Notes under the pieces: model-generated | The model's input: only the letters and a program-made list of their open reading frames with translations | The model's database searches: none | What the model was told of the DNA's origin: nothing | Part shown: positions 36,735-45,894 of the stretch, one piece after another | Layout of the letters: every line of letters begins with the position of its first letter | How positions within the stretch are numbered: the stretch's first letter is position 1 | From: an uncultured delta proteobacterium | GTDB taxonomy: Bacteria; Myxococcota; Myxococcia; Myxococcales; Anaeromyxobacteraceae | Length of the DNA: 64,000 nt | NCBI GenBank assembly: GCA_963814585.1 | Contig: CAWFDF010000008.1 | Coordinates: 256,001-320,000, forward strand | Reading direction: 5' to 3' | Made by a program: the position numbers and the translations under genes

Positions 36735-37402
36735 CGGGCCGGCTCGGCGCGCAGCTCCGGCAGCAGCACGCGGACGTCGGCCCGCGAGCGCAGGTCGGTG
36801 AGCAGCTGCCTGACCTGGGCCTGGGTCCGCTCGCCAGCCAGCCTGGCCCGGGCCGCCTCGCGCGCCTCCGGTGTCGGCGCCAGCGTCCCCTGGCCCGCCA
36901 GCCAGCGAGACACCTCCTCCTCGGAGACCTTCGCGCTGCGGCCGACCCGGTATTCGAGATAGCGCTGCACCCACAGGTCCCGCGCCAGGATCGATCGCAG
37001 CTCGTCCTCGGAGAGCTCCGAGGTGGCGAGGAAGCGCTGGTACGACGCCTCGTCGGCGAAGCGCTGGCGGAAGCGCTGCAGCGCCTGGTCGACCTCGACC
37101 CGCGGGATCTCCGCGAACCTGGCGCGCGCCGCCTCGTCGGCCACCAGCCACTGGTCGATGACCCAGCGCAGCGCCGCCCGGCGGGCGTCGGCGTCGAGCG
37201 GCGCGAACGCCGCCTGCGCCGCCCCCTGGCCCACCAGGGTCACCCTGGCCTCCTCGTCGAGCCGCGTCAGGGTCAGCGGCCTGGGCGCGGCGCTGGATGG
37301 GTTGCGGACCACCGCCACCACCCGATCGAGCACCACGCCGTCGACGGCCGGCGCGGTGTCGGGGGCGGCGGCCAGCAGCAGCGCGAGGGCGAGGGAGCGC
37401 AT
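36731..37402 (-). CDS. SurA N-terminal-domain-like periplasmic chaperone
   Basis: Signal peptide; VLDRVVAVV; helical core; C-terminal LLTDLRSRADVRV; no PPIase domain visible. Confidence 0.65.
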   Translation of the reverse strand: MRSLALALLLAAAPDTAPAVDGVVLDRVVAVVRNPSSAAPRPLTLTRLDEEARVTLVGQGAAQAAFAPLDADARRAALRWVIDQWLVADEAARARFAEIPRVEVDQALQRFRQRFADEASYQRFLATSELSEDELRSILARDLWVQRYLEYRVGRSAKVSEEEVSRWLAGQGTLAPTPEAREAARARLAGERTQAQVRQLLTDLRSRADVRVLLPELRAEPAR

Positions 37403-37430
37403 CCCGGCATGGTAGCGCAGGTCGGCCGTG

Positions 37431-37468
37431 GGTGACCCGACCCGGCAGCTTGGCCGGGTCGGGTCACC
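37431..37468. repeat. Perfect 16-bp inverted repeat between divergent genes
   Basis: GGTGACCCGACCCGGC-AGCTTG-GCCGGGTCGGGTCACC. Confidence 0.85.
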
Positions 37469-37478
37469 TGGTCGGCCT

Positions 37479-37506
37479 TTGACGCCCCGCCAAGGCGCGT
37501 TACCTT
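37479..37506 (+). promoter_or_regulatory. Sigma70-type promoter of the dnaJ-like gene, probably leaderless
   Basis: TTGACG-16 nt-TACCTT, 6 nt before GTG 37513; no SD. Confidence 0.55.
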
Positions 37507-37512
37507 GCGGTC

Positions 37513-38487
37513 GTGGCCCAGCGTGACCTCTACCAGATCCTCGGTGTCCCCCGGACCGCCTCCCCCGAGGAGGTGAAGAAGGCCTACCGGAAGCAGGCCC
37601 GTCAGCACCACCCCGACGTCAACCCCGGGAACAAGGCCGCCGAGGAGCGCTTCAAGGAGGCGGCGGCGGCCTTCGAGGTCCTCTCCGATCCGAAGCGCCG
37701 GGCGCTCTACGACGAGTTCGGCCCGGACGCGCTCCGCACCGGCTTCGACGAGCGCCGCGCCGAGGAGGTTCGGCGCTGGCGCAAGGCGGGCGGCCCGCCG
37801 GGCGGCCAGCCGTTCGACCTGGGCGACTTCTCCTCGGTCAACGTCGAGGGGTACGGCCCCTTCGACTTCGGATCCATCTTCGAGACCATCTTCGGCCAGC
37901 AGGGGCGCGGCCGGCCCGGCCACGGCCCGGGCCACGGACGGCGCGCCGCGCCGCGCGGCGGCGAGGACCTGGAGGCCGAGCTCGAGCTGGAGCTGCGCGA
38001 TGCGGTCCTGGGGGCCGAGCGCGACCTCCGGGTGGGCGCCCGCACGCTCCGGGTCACCATCAAGCCGGGCACGGGCGACGGGGCCCGCATCCGGCTGGCC
38101 GGCCAGGGGAGCCCCGGCGAGCGGGGCGGCCCCCCCGGGGACCTGCTCCTCACCGTCCGGCTCCGTCCGCACCCGCTGGTCCGCGTCGACGGGAAGGACC
38201 TCTACCTCGAGCTGCCGCTCACCGTCCCCGAGGTGGTGAACGGCGCCGAGGTGGAGCTGCCGACCTTCGAGGGCAAGGTCCGCTTCGCGGTCACCGCCGG
38301 GACGCCCCCGGGCAAGCAGATCCGGCTCCGCGGCAAGGGGCTGCCCGACCTCCGCGGCGGCCCGCGCGGGGATCTCTACGCCGTCGTGAAGCTCGTCCTT
38401 CCCGAGCCGAGCGACGCGCTCCGCGAGGCGGTCCGTGGGCTCGGGCCGCTCTACAAGGGTGATCCACGGGCGGGCATCTCGTTGTAG
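37513..38487 (+). CDS. Class B DnaJ/CbpA-like co-chaperone (no zinc finger)
   Basis: J domain with HPD; G/F-rich region; C-terminal DnaJ_C domain (IRLAGQG, GDLY); no CxxCxGxG. Confidence 0.92.
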   Translation: MAQRDLYQILGVPRTASPEEVKKAYRKQARQHHPDVNPGNKAAEERFKEAAAAFEVLSDPKRRALYDEFGPDALRTGFDERRAEEVRRWRKAGGPPGGQPFDLGDFSSVNVEGYGPFDFGSIFETIFGQQGRGRPGHGPGHGRRAAPRGGEDLEAELELELRDAVLGAERDLRVGARTLRVTIKPGTGDGARIRLAGQGSPGERGGPPGDLLLTVRLRPHPLVRVDGKDLYLELPLTVPEVVNGAEVELPTFEGKVRFAVTAGTPPGKQIRLRGKGLPDLRGGPRGDLYAVVKLVLPEPSDALREAVRGLGPLYKGDPRAGISL

Positions 38488-38534
38488 AACCACGGCGCGC
38501 CGCCCGCGCGGGACCTGGAGCGGCCGGAGGCGGG

Positions 38535-39284
38535 ATGGGAATCTTCGATCTGTTTGGCTCGGCCACCGATCGCGAGCAGGCGCAGCTGAAGAAGCTGGGC
38601 CGCAAGGTGACCGAGAAGTACGGGCCGCCCGAGAACCGGCAGAACGGCATCGCCCTGCTGGCCGAGCTCGGCACCCCGGGCGCGCTGCGCACGCTCTGCC
38701 AGCGCTTCACGGTCCACGCCGATCCGGGCATCACCGACCAGGAGGAGAAGGAGTCGGTCTGCGGCCACCTGGTCGACGCCGGGCGCGCCGCCATCGGCCC
38801 GCTCACCGACTTCATCCGCGATCAGGAGAGCGGCATCGCCTGGGGGCTCCGGGCGCTGGCCGCGGTGGCCACGCCCGACGAGGTGCTCGACGTGGTGGTG
38901 GCGGAGCTGACCCGGCTGTCCCGGGTCTACCAGCGCGATCCCGAGAAGAAGCTGACCTTGCTGGCGTGGGTGAGCGAGCACCACGCCGGCGCGGAGGCCG
39001 CCGGCCTGGAGGGGGCGCTGCGGGCGCTGCTGGAGGACTTCTCCGACGACGTCCGCATCGGCGCGGCCCGGGCCCTGGCCGGCCTCCCGCTCGTCGAGCC
39101 GACGCGCACCGCGCTCGTCGAGCTGCTGATCCGTGATGCCGGCAACGCCCGGGTCCGAGGCGAGGTGCTGGCGGCCCTGCACCGGCTCCGGGCCGACGTG
39201 AAGGGGTACCGCCCGTCGGTGGAGCCGCTGCTGGTGGAGCCGTGGTTCCTCGACAAGGATGGCGTGGTGAAGCGGCGCGGCTGA
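38535..39284 (+). CDS. HEAT-repeat protein
   Basis: GGAGG SD; helical repeats LLEDFSDDVRIGAARALA, NARVRGEVLAAL. Confidence 0.75.
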   Translation: MGIFDLFGSATDREQAQLKKLGRKVTEKYGPPENRQNGIALLAELGTPGALRTLCQRFTVHADPGITDQEEKESVCGHLVDAGRAAIGPLTDFIRDQESGIAWGLRALAAVATPDEVLDVVVAELTRLSRVYQRDPEKKLTLLAWVSEHHAGAEAAGLEGALRALLEDFSDDVRIGAARALAGLPLVEPTRTALVELLIRDAGNARVRGEVLAALHRLRADVKGYRPSVEPLLVEPWFLDKDGVVKRRG

Positions 39285-39290
39285 GCGACC

Positions 39291-41771
39291 ATGGCCACCC
39301 CGCCCCCCACCCCGGCAGGCGCTTCGGAGTCCCGGGGGATCGGGCGGCTCTTCGAGCCGGTCCAGGTGCCGAGGGACGCGCCGCGCGAGCTGGCGGCGCT
39401 GGCGGCGCGCGGCAGCCTGGTCTTCGTCATGCGCCGGTCGGGGCTGCTCAACTTCCTCTACCTGCGCTGGCTGCTGCGGCGCCACGGCCTGCCGCCGCTC
39501 CAGGCCGCGCAGGGCTACACCGGCCTCTTCGGCGCCGTCTCCCGCATCCGCCGCAGCCGGCGGGCCATGGAGGAGGCGGTGGGCTCGGGGCGCTCCAGCC
39601 TGCTCTTCCTCGGCGAGGGGACCACCGAGGACGGGCCGCTGCCCCACCTGGCCCGGATGCAGCGATCGCTGGCGCGCCCCGTCTTCCTGGTCCCGGTGGT
39701 GCTGCTCTGGAGCCGGCGGGCCCAGCGGCTCGAGGGATCGATCTGGGACGTGTTCTTCGGCACGCCCGAGTCGCCCAGCCCCTTCGCCAACGGCGTCGCC
39801 TTCTTCCGCAACTTCCGCCACAGCTTCCTCTCGGTCGGCGAGGCCGTCGACCTGCAGGCCCGGATCGCCGCCCGCCCCGGCACCACCGACCTCTCGGTGG
39901 CGCGTGGCGCGCGGGGCGCCCTGCACCGGCACCTCTCCAGCGAGCTGCGGGCCGCCGTCGGCCCCCCCCTCAAGGGGCCGGAGCGCGTCAAGGCCAGGGT
40001 GCTGCGGGATCGGACGCTGCGGGGCAGGCTGGAGGCGGTGGCCGCCGGGTCCGGCAAGCCCATGGCGGCGCTGCAGGCCGAGGCGGCGCGCTGCCTCGAC
40101 GAGATCGCCAGCAACTACGACCCCAAGGTGGTGGCGGTGATGCGCCCCGTCCTCAAGGGGCTCTTCGGCCGGCTCTACGAGTCGCTGGAGATCGACGAGG
40201 ACGGCCTGGGGCGGGTGAAGCGTGCCGCCGCCACCGCGCCGGTCATCATCTGCCCGAGCCACAAGAGCTACGTCGACTTCCTGGTCATCTCCTGGCTCCT
40301 CTACGAGCACGGGATGATGGCGCCGCAGATCGCCGCCGGCATCAACCTCTCCTTCTGGCCGTTCGGGGCGCTGGCCCGGCGCGGCGGCGCCTTCTTCATC
40401 CGGCGCCAGGTGAAGGGCGACCTGGTCTACGCCGCGGTGCTGCGCGCCTACGTCAAGCAGCTGCTGCGAGACAAGTTCCCGCAGGAGTTCTACGTCGAGG
40501 GTGGGCGCAGCCGCACCGGCAAGCTGCTCTTCCCGAAGATGGGGCTGGTCTCGATGGAGGTGGACGCCTGGCTCGACGGCGCCGCCGAGGACGTGCTCTT
40601 CGTGCCGGTCTCCATCGACTACGAGAAGCTGATCGAGGCCTCGGCCTACCTGCACGAGCTCTCCGGCGGCGAGAAGCCCAAGGAGAACCTGCGCGGCCTG
40701 CTGGGCGCCTTCGCCGTCCTGTTCCGCAGCTACGAGCGGCTCTACGTCCAGTTCGAGGAGCCGGTGTCGCTCCGCGCCGTCGCCCGGGCCCGCCTCGGGG
40801 AGCGGATCGGCGAGCTGGCCGTCGACGCCGAGGCTCGCCGGCAGGTGGTGCAGGCGGTGGCCACCCGCATCGCCTTCGGCATCGGCCGGGCCGTCACCAT
40901 CACGCCGGTCGGGCTGGTCTCGGCGGCGCTGCTCTCGCACACCCGGCGCGGGCTGCCGGCGTCGGAGCTGGCCCGGCGGGTGGAGCTGCTCCGCTTCATC
41001 GCCGCCCAGGGGGGAGGCGCCCGCTTCGGCCACGGGCTGGCCGGCGCCAGCAGCGATCCGCGCCTCGCCGGGCCGGTGCAGGACGCGGTGCGGAGGCTGG
41101 TGGCCAGCGGCCAGGTGACGGCCGCCAGCGCCGCCGGGGAGACCATCTACCAGGTGGTGGAGGAGAAGCGGCCGGTGCTGGACTACCACCGCAACGCCGT
41201 CATCCACCGCTACGTGGCCCCGGCCATCGCCTGCGCCGCCCTGCGGGGCGGAGGGGAGTCGACGCGGGCCGAGGTTCGCGGCCGGGCGGCCTGGCTCTCC
41301 CGCCTCTTCAAGCTCGAGTTCATGTACGAGCCGGGCGTCTCGCTGGACGAGGTCCTCGAGCAGAACCTCGCCTTCCTGGAGCGGATCCGGTGCATCGAGG
41401 TGCACGGCGAGCGGATCCGGCCGGGCCCGCAGGGCGAGCCCGTGGAGTTCCTGGCCGAGCTCCTCCGGCCGTACCTCGAGGCCTACCGGCTCGCCGCCGA
41501 GACCGCTGACGCGCTGCTGGATGACTCGGCGCGTCAGGCCGTGGACCGGAAGGTCCTGGTCAAGCAGAGCCTGGAGCGAGGCCGGGCTGACTTCCTCTCG
41601 GGTCGCATCGCCGCCCGGGAGGCCCTCTCGAAGGCGACGCTAGAGAATTCCATCGATTGGATGCTCTCGGATGGCCGCATCGGCGACCGGGACGGGCGGC
41701 TGGAGCGGTCCCCCAGGCTTGACGCACTGCGCGACATCATCGACGGGATCACTCGTCATCTTCCGCCGTAA
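39291..41771 (+). CDS. plsB: Glycerol-3-phosphate 1-O-acyltransferase (PlsB family)
   Basis: PSHKSYVD (HX4D), IAAGINL, GAFFIRR, FYVEGGRSRTGKL, PVSIDYE. Confidence 0.9.
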   Translation: MATPPPTPAGASESRGIGRLFEPVQVPRDAPRELAALAARGSLVFVMRRSGLLNFLYLRWLLRRHGLPPLQAAQGYTGLFGAVSRIRRSRRAMEEAVGSGRSSLLFLGEGTTEDGPLPHLARMQRSLARPVFLVPVVLLWSRRAQRLEGSIWDVFFGTPESPSPFANGVAFFRNFRHSFLSVGEAVDLQARIAARPGTTDLSVARGARGALHRHLSSELRAAVGPPLKGPERVKARVLRDRTLRGRLEAVAAGSGKPMAALQAEAARCLDEIASNYDPKVVAVMRPVLKGLFGRLYESLEIDEDGLGRVKRAAATAPVIICPSHKSYVDFLVISWLLYEHGMMAPQIAAGINLSFWPFGALARRGGAFFIRRQVKGDLVYAAVLRAYVKQLLRDKFPQEFYVEGGRSRTGKLLFPKMGLVSMEVDAWLDGAAEDVLFVPVSIDYEKLIEASAYLHELSGGEKPKENLRGLLGAFAVLFRSYERLYVQFEEPVSLRAVARARLGERIGELAVDAEARRQVVQAVATRIAFGIGRAVTITPVGLVSAALLSHTRRGLPASELARRVELLRFIAAQGGGARFGHGLAGASSDPRLAGPVQDAVRRLVASGQVTAASAAGETIYQVVEEKRPVLDYHRNAVIHRYVAPAIACAALRGGGESTRAEVRGRAAWLSRLFKLEFMYEPGVSLDEVLEQNLAFLERIRCIEVHGERIRPGPQGEPVEFLAELLRPYLEAYRLAAETADALLDDSARQAVDRKVLVKQSLERGRADFLSGRIAAREALSKATLENSIDWMLSDGRIGDRDGRLERSPRLDALRDIIDGITRHLPP

Positions 41772-41915
41772 AATCGCACCCATCGAGCGATCCGCGCTTC
41801 CAAGAGGTGCGGGCTCTCGACTAGGCTCTCGACTCCCGCGAAGCACGGGCGCTGCCCCGCAGCGCTTCCACTTTCTCTCCCGGAGTTCCGGGAGGACCAC
41901 CGAGGAGGCTGACCG

Positions 41916-43448
41916 ATGGCTGACCGGATTCTCCACAAGGGGCTCAAGGCGAAGGTGATGTCCGCCGAGGCCGCCGCCGCACTCATCCCCAACGGCGCCG
42001 TGATCGGCATGTCCGGCTTCACCGGCGCCGGCTACCCGAAGGCCGTTCCCATCGCCCTGTCCAAGCGGGCGCTCGACGCCAAGCTCGCCGGCAAGCCGCT
42101 CAAGTTCGACGTCCTCACCGGCGCCTCGACCGGCCCCGAGCAGGACACGATGATGTCGTTCGTGGAGGCCTCGCGCTTCCGTTTCCCCTACCAGGGCGAC
42201 GCCGTCACCCGCGAGAAGATCAACTCCGGGCTGATCGAGTACCAGGACATGCACCTGAGCCACGCCGGCACGCTGGTCCGCTACGGCTACTACGGCAAGG
42301 GCAAGAACAACCTCGACTTCGCGGTCATCGAGGTCACCAAGATCAACGAGGACGGCACCTGCGTGCCCTCGTCGTCGTGCGGCGCCAACAACGTCTACTT
42401 CGAGCACTCCGACAAGATCATCCTCGAGGTCAACTCCTGGCAGGACGAGCGGCTGGAGGGGATGCACGACATCATCTCGGTGCCGGGCGAGCACGGCAAG
42501 CGCGTGGCGCTGCCCATCAACGCCGCCGACGACCGCAAGGGCTCCAAGTACTGGAAGTTCGACCTCTCCAAGGTGGTGGCGGTCGTCGAGAGCGCCTACC
42601 CGGACCGGAACGCGCCCTTCAAGCCGCCCGAGGAGATCCACAAGCGGATCGCCGGCCACATCCTCGACTTCTTCGACGGCGAGGTGAAGGCGGGCCGGCT
42701 CTCCAAGCACCTCACGCCGCTCCAGTCGGGCGTCGGCAACATCGCCAACGCCGTGCTGGTGGGGCTCAACGAGGGGCCGTTCGACCGGATGATCTCCTAC
42801 ACCGAGGTGGTCCAGGACGGCATGCTCGACATGCTGGACTCGGGCAAGCTGGTGGCGGCCTCGGCCACCGCCTTCTCGGTCTCGCCCGAGGGGCAGGTCC
42901 GCTTCAACAAGGACATCGACCGGTACCGCAAGCAGATCATCCTGCGCCCGCAGGAGATCTCCAACAACCCGGAGATCATCCGCCGCCTCGGCTGCATCGC
43001 CATGAACGGGTTCGTCGAGGCCGACATCTACGGCCACGTCAACTCGACGCACATCGCCGGCAAGGGGATCGAGAACGGCATCGGCGGTTCGGGTGACTTC
43101 GCCCGCAACTCCGCCTACACCATCTTCATGTCCCCGGCGACCGCCAAGGACGGGAAGATCTCGGCCATCGTCCCCTTCGCCTCGCACATCGACCACACCG
43201 AGCACGAGGTCAACGGCATCGTGACCGAGTACGGCTTCGCCGACCTGCGCGGCCGCAGCCCCAAGGAGAAGGCCAAGGAGGTCATCGAGAAGGCGGCGGC
43301 GCCCGAGTACCGTCCCATCCTCTGGGACTACTTCAAGCGCGCCATGAAGAACCCCAGCGCCGGCCTCCACTCGCCGCACATGTTCAGCGAGGCCTTCGCC
43401 TTCCACACCCGGTACCTGCAGACGGGCGACATGAGGCCGAAGAAGTAG
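41916..43448 (+). CDS. Acetyl-CoA hydrolase / succinyl-CoA:acetate CoA-transferase (family I)
   Basis: GAGGAGG SD; SGFTGAGYPKAVP, DMHLS, LQSGVGNIANAV, YTEVVQD, NGIGGSGDF, IVTEYGFADLRG; strongly biased codon use. Confidence 0.93.
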   Translation: MADRILHKGLKAKVMSAEAAAALIPNGAVIGMSGFTGAGYPKAVPIALSKRALDAKLAGKPLKFDVLTGASTGPEQDTMMSFVEASRFRFPYQGDAVTREKINSGLIEYQDMHLSHAGTLVRYGYYGKGKNNLDFAVIEVTKINEDGTCVPSSSCGANNVYFEHSDKIILEVNSWQDERLEGMHDIISVPGEHGKRVALPINAADDRKGSKYWKFDLSKVVAVVESAYPDRNAPFKPPEEIHKRIAGHILDFFDGEVKAGRLSKHLTPLQSGVGNIANAVLVGLNEGPFDRMISYTEVVQDGMLDMLDSGKLVAASATAFSVSPEGQVRFNKDIDRYRKQIILRPQEISNNPEIIRRLGCIAMNGFVEADIYGHVNSTHIAGKGIENGIGGSGDFARNSAYTIFMSPATAKDGKISAIVPFASHIDHTEHEVNGIVTEYGFADLRGRSPKEKAKEVIEKAAAPEYRPILWDYFKRAMKNPSAGLHSPHMFSEAFAFHTRYLQTGDMRPKK

Positions 43449-43473
43449 CCGACCTTCGCCCCCCGTGGTACCA

Positions 43474-43513
43474 GCGGCGGTCGCCCTCCACCGGGCGGCC
43501 GCCGTCCCTTTTC
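43474..43513 (+). terminator. Probable intrinsic terminator after the CoA-transferase
   Basis: GCGGCGGTCGCCC-TCCACC-GGGCGGCCGCCGT followed by CCCTTTT. Confidence 0.6.
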
Positions 43514-43607
43514 TCCCGGGCCTGGCAGGGGCCGGAGCCGGCGGCATCGGCGCTCGGGTCCCGCCGCACGCTGCGTGGCGGAGGGATGTGCTCTAGACTC
43601 CCGGGCC

Positions 43608-44393
43608 ATGACCTCCCTCGACCTCGACCTCGCCATGGAGACCGCCCGCCGGGCTGCCGAGGCCGGCGGGGCCGCCGCCCTGCGCCACTTCCGCGCCGGC
43701 GTCCGCGTCGAGCTGAAGCCCGACCGGACCCCGGTCACCATCGCCGACCGCGACGCCGAGGCGGCCATCGTCGAGGTGATCCGCGGCCGCTTCCCCGGCC
43801 ACGCCATCCTCGGCGAGGAGAGCGGCGCCCACGCCGGCACCGGGGCGCGCTGGATCGTCGACCCGGTCGACGGCACCCGGGGCTTCACCCGTGGCGGTTC
43901 CTTCTGGGGGCCGCTGGTGGCGCTGGAGGTGGGCGACGAGGTGGTGGCCGGCGCCATGGCCATGCCGGCGCTGGGAGAGCGCTACTGGGCGGCCCGCGGG
44001 CGTGGCGCCTGGAGGCAGGTCGGGGCCGGCGCGCCCGAGCGGCTGCGCGTCTCGGGCATCGCGGCCTGGGAGGAGGCCACCCTCTCGCTCGGCGAGCTCA
44101 AGTTCCTCCTCGCCCCGGAGCGGCGGGCCCAGGTCAACGCGCTGACGGTGAGCGCGGCCCAGGCCCGCGGCTACGGTGACCTGGCCGGCTGCGCCATGGT
44201 GCTGACGGGGCGGGCCGAGGCCTTCGTCGAGGCCGGCGTGCAGATCTGGGACATCGCACCGCTGCGGATCCTGGTCGAGGAGGCCGGCGGCCGCTTCACC
44301 GACCTGGACGGCAACGCCACGCACGCCAGCGGGTCCTGCGTCGCCTCCAACGGGCTGGTGCACGAGCACGTGCTGCGCGAGCTGTGCCGGTGA
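43608..44393 (+). CDS. Inositol monophosphatase family protein, probably HisN-type histidinol-phosphatase
   Basis: KPDRTPVTIAD, ILGEE, WIVDPVDGT, RGYGD, QIWDIAP..EEAGG. Confidence 0.88.
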   Translation: MTSLDLDLAMETARRAAEAGGAAALRHFRAGVRVELKPDRTPVTIADRDAEAAIVEVIRGRFPGHAILGEESGAHAGTGARWIVDPVDGTRGFTRGGSFWGPLVALEVGDEVVAGAMAMPALGERYWAARGRGAWRQVGAGAPERLRVSGIAAWEEATLSLGELKFLLAPERRAQVNALTVSAAQARGYGDLAGCAMVLTGRAEAFVEAGVQIWDIAPLRILVEEAGGRFTDLDGNATHASGSCVASNGLVHEHVLRELCR

Positions 44394-44400
44394 GCGTGGG

Positions 44401-45894
44401 TCACGCCTTCGGCGCCCGGCGGAACAGGTCGACCACGGCGCCGGATCGGCCAGCCACCCGGGCCCGCCCGCGCGCCCACTCGCGCAGCGCCTTGATCTGC
44501 TCCTCGTAGGTCTTGAAGAGCGGCACCAGGTCCTGCGCCACGCGCCTCAGGTCGGCGGTCTCGAGGTCGCGCGAGAGGGCGAAGGCGCGGTGCAGCCCGC
44601 CCACCACCACCTGCTCCAGCTCCGCGCCGGAGAAGTCGGCACACAGCTCGGCCAGGGCGGCCAGGTCGAGCCGCTCCGGAGCCCGGCTCCGCCGGCGCAG
44701 GTGGAGCGCCAGGATCTCCCGCCGCGCCTCCAGGTCGGGCAGGTCCACGAAGAAGAGCTCGTCGAAGCGGCCTCGCCGGAGCAGCTCGGGCGGCAGGCGG
44801 GTGACGTCGTTGGCGGTGGCCACCACGAAGATCGACCCCTGGCGCTCCTGCAGCCAGGTGGAGAACGACCCCAGCAGCCGGGCCGCGCGGGCCTCGCCCC
44901 CCTGCCCCGGCGCGCTGCCGGCGAACCCCTTCTCGATCTCGTCCACCCAGAGCGCCACCGGCGAGATCGCCTCCGCCGCCTCCAGCGCCAGGGCCAGGCT
45001 CTCCTCGGCCCCTTCGCGGCCCAGCACCCGCGGCAGGTCGAGCCGGACCAGCGGCACGCCCAGGCGCGCCGCCGCCACCTTGGCCGCCAGCGACTTGCCG
45101 CACCCCTGCACGCCGACCAGCAGCACCCCGCGCGGCGCCGGCAGGCCGAACCCGGCCGCCTCCGGCGCGAAGGCCTGGGCCCGCTCGTCGAGCCAGGACT
45201 TGAAGGTGGAGAGCCCGCCCAGGTGCTCCGCCGACTCGGCCTCCTCCACCACCTCGAGGCCGAGCTCGCGGGTCATCAGGCGCCGCTTCTCCTCCTGGAT
45301 GGAGCCCATGGCCCCGGCCCCCAGCGCCGGGTCGAGCCGGAGCGCCTGCGTGAAGGCGCGGCGCGCCTGCCCTTCCGAGAACCCCCGCGCCGACGTCAGC
45401 GCCCGGTGGCGGGCCACGGGGTCGGGCTCCGGCGCCCCGGTGGCGTGCCAGACCTCGTCGAGCACCGCGGCCAGCTCCTCGAGCGCGGGGAGCGGGAGCC
45501 GCATCGTGGCCACCGACTCGGCCAGCCCGTCGGGCAGCTCCAGCCGCGGCGCCACGATCATCAGGCAGCGCCCCTCGGACGCCAGCCGGGGGAGCGCGTC
45601 CCTCACGGCGCGGGCCACCGCCGGATCGCGCAGGGCGACGTGGAAGTCGAAGAGCACCGCCAGCAGCGGACCCGGGGTGGCCAGCAACGCGTCGATCGCC
45701 TCGATGGGCGAGCGGGCGTGGGGGGCCTGCGGCAGCAGCCCTCGGTGCGACGACCAGCTGGCGAACTGGGCGTCGAACCCCTCGGCGGCGGCGCGCGCCA
45801 GGGCCAGCGCCCGCTCCTCCTCCGAGGTGACCAGGTAGACGATGGGCGTCCCGGCCGACCAGAGCCCGGCCAGCCGGGTGACGACGTCCTTCAC
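44401..45894 (-). CDS. Ycf46-like AAA+ ATPase
   Basis: YLVTSEEERA N-terminus; Walker A GVQGCGKS; Walker B LWVDEIEK; TAN; PPELLRRGRFDE; REWA tail; GTGA overlap with the GspE-like gene. Confidence 0.9.
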   Translation of the reverse strand: MKDVVTRLAGLWSAGTPIVYLVTSEEERALALARAAAEGFDAQFASWSSHRGLLPQAPHARSPIEAIDALLATPGPLLAVLFDFHVALRDPAVARAVRDALPRLASEGRCLMIVAPRLELPDGLAESVATMRLPLPALEELAAVLDEVWHATGAPEPDPVARHRALTSARGFSEGQARRAFTQALRLDPALGAGAMGSIQEEKRRLMTRELGLEVVEEAESAEHLGGLSTFKSWLDERAQAFAPEAAGFGLPAPRGVLLVGVQGCGKSLAAKVAAARLGVPLVRLDLPRVLGREGAEESLALALEAAEAISPVALWVDEIEKGFAGSAPGQGGEARAARLLGSFSTWLQERQGSIFVVATANDVTRLPPELLRRGRFDELFFVDLPDLEARREILALHLRRRSRAPERLDLAALAELCADFSGAELEQVVVGGLHRAFALSRDLETADLRRVAQDLVPLFKTYEEQIKALREWARGRARVAGRSGAVVDLFRRAPKA

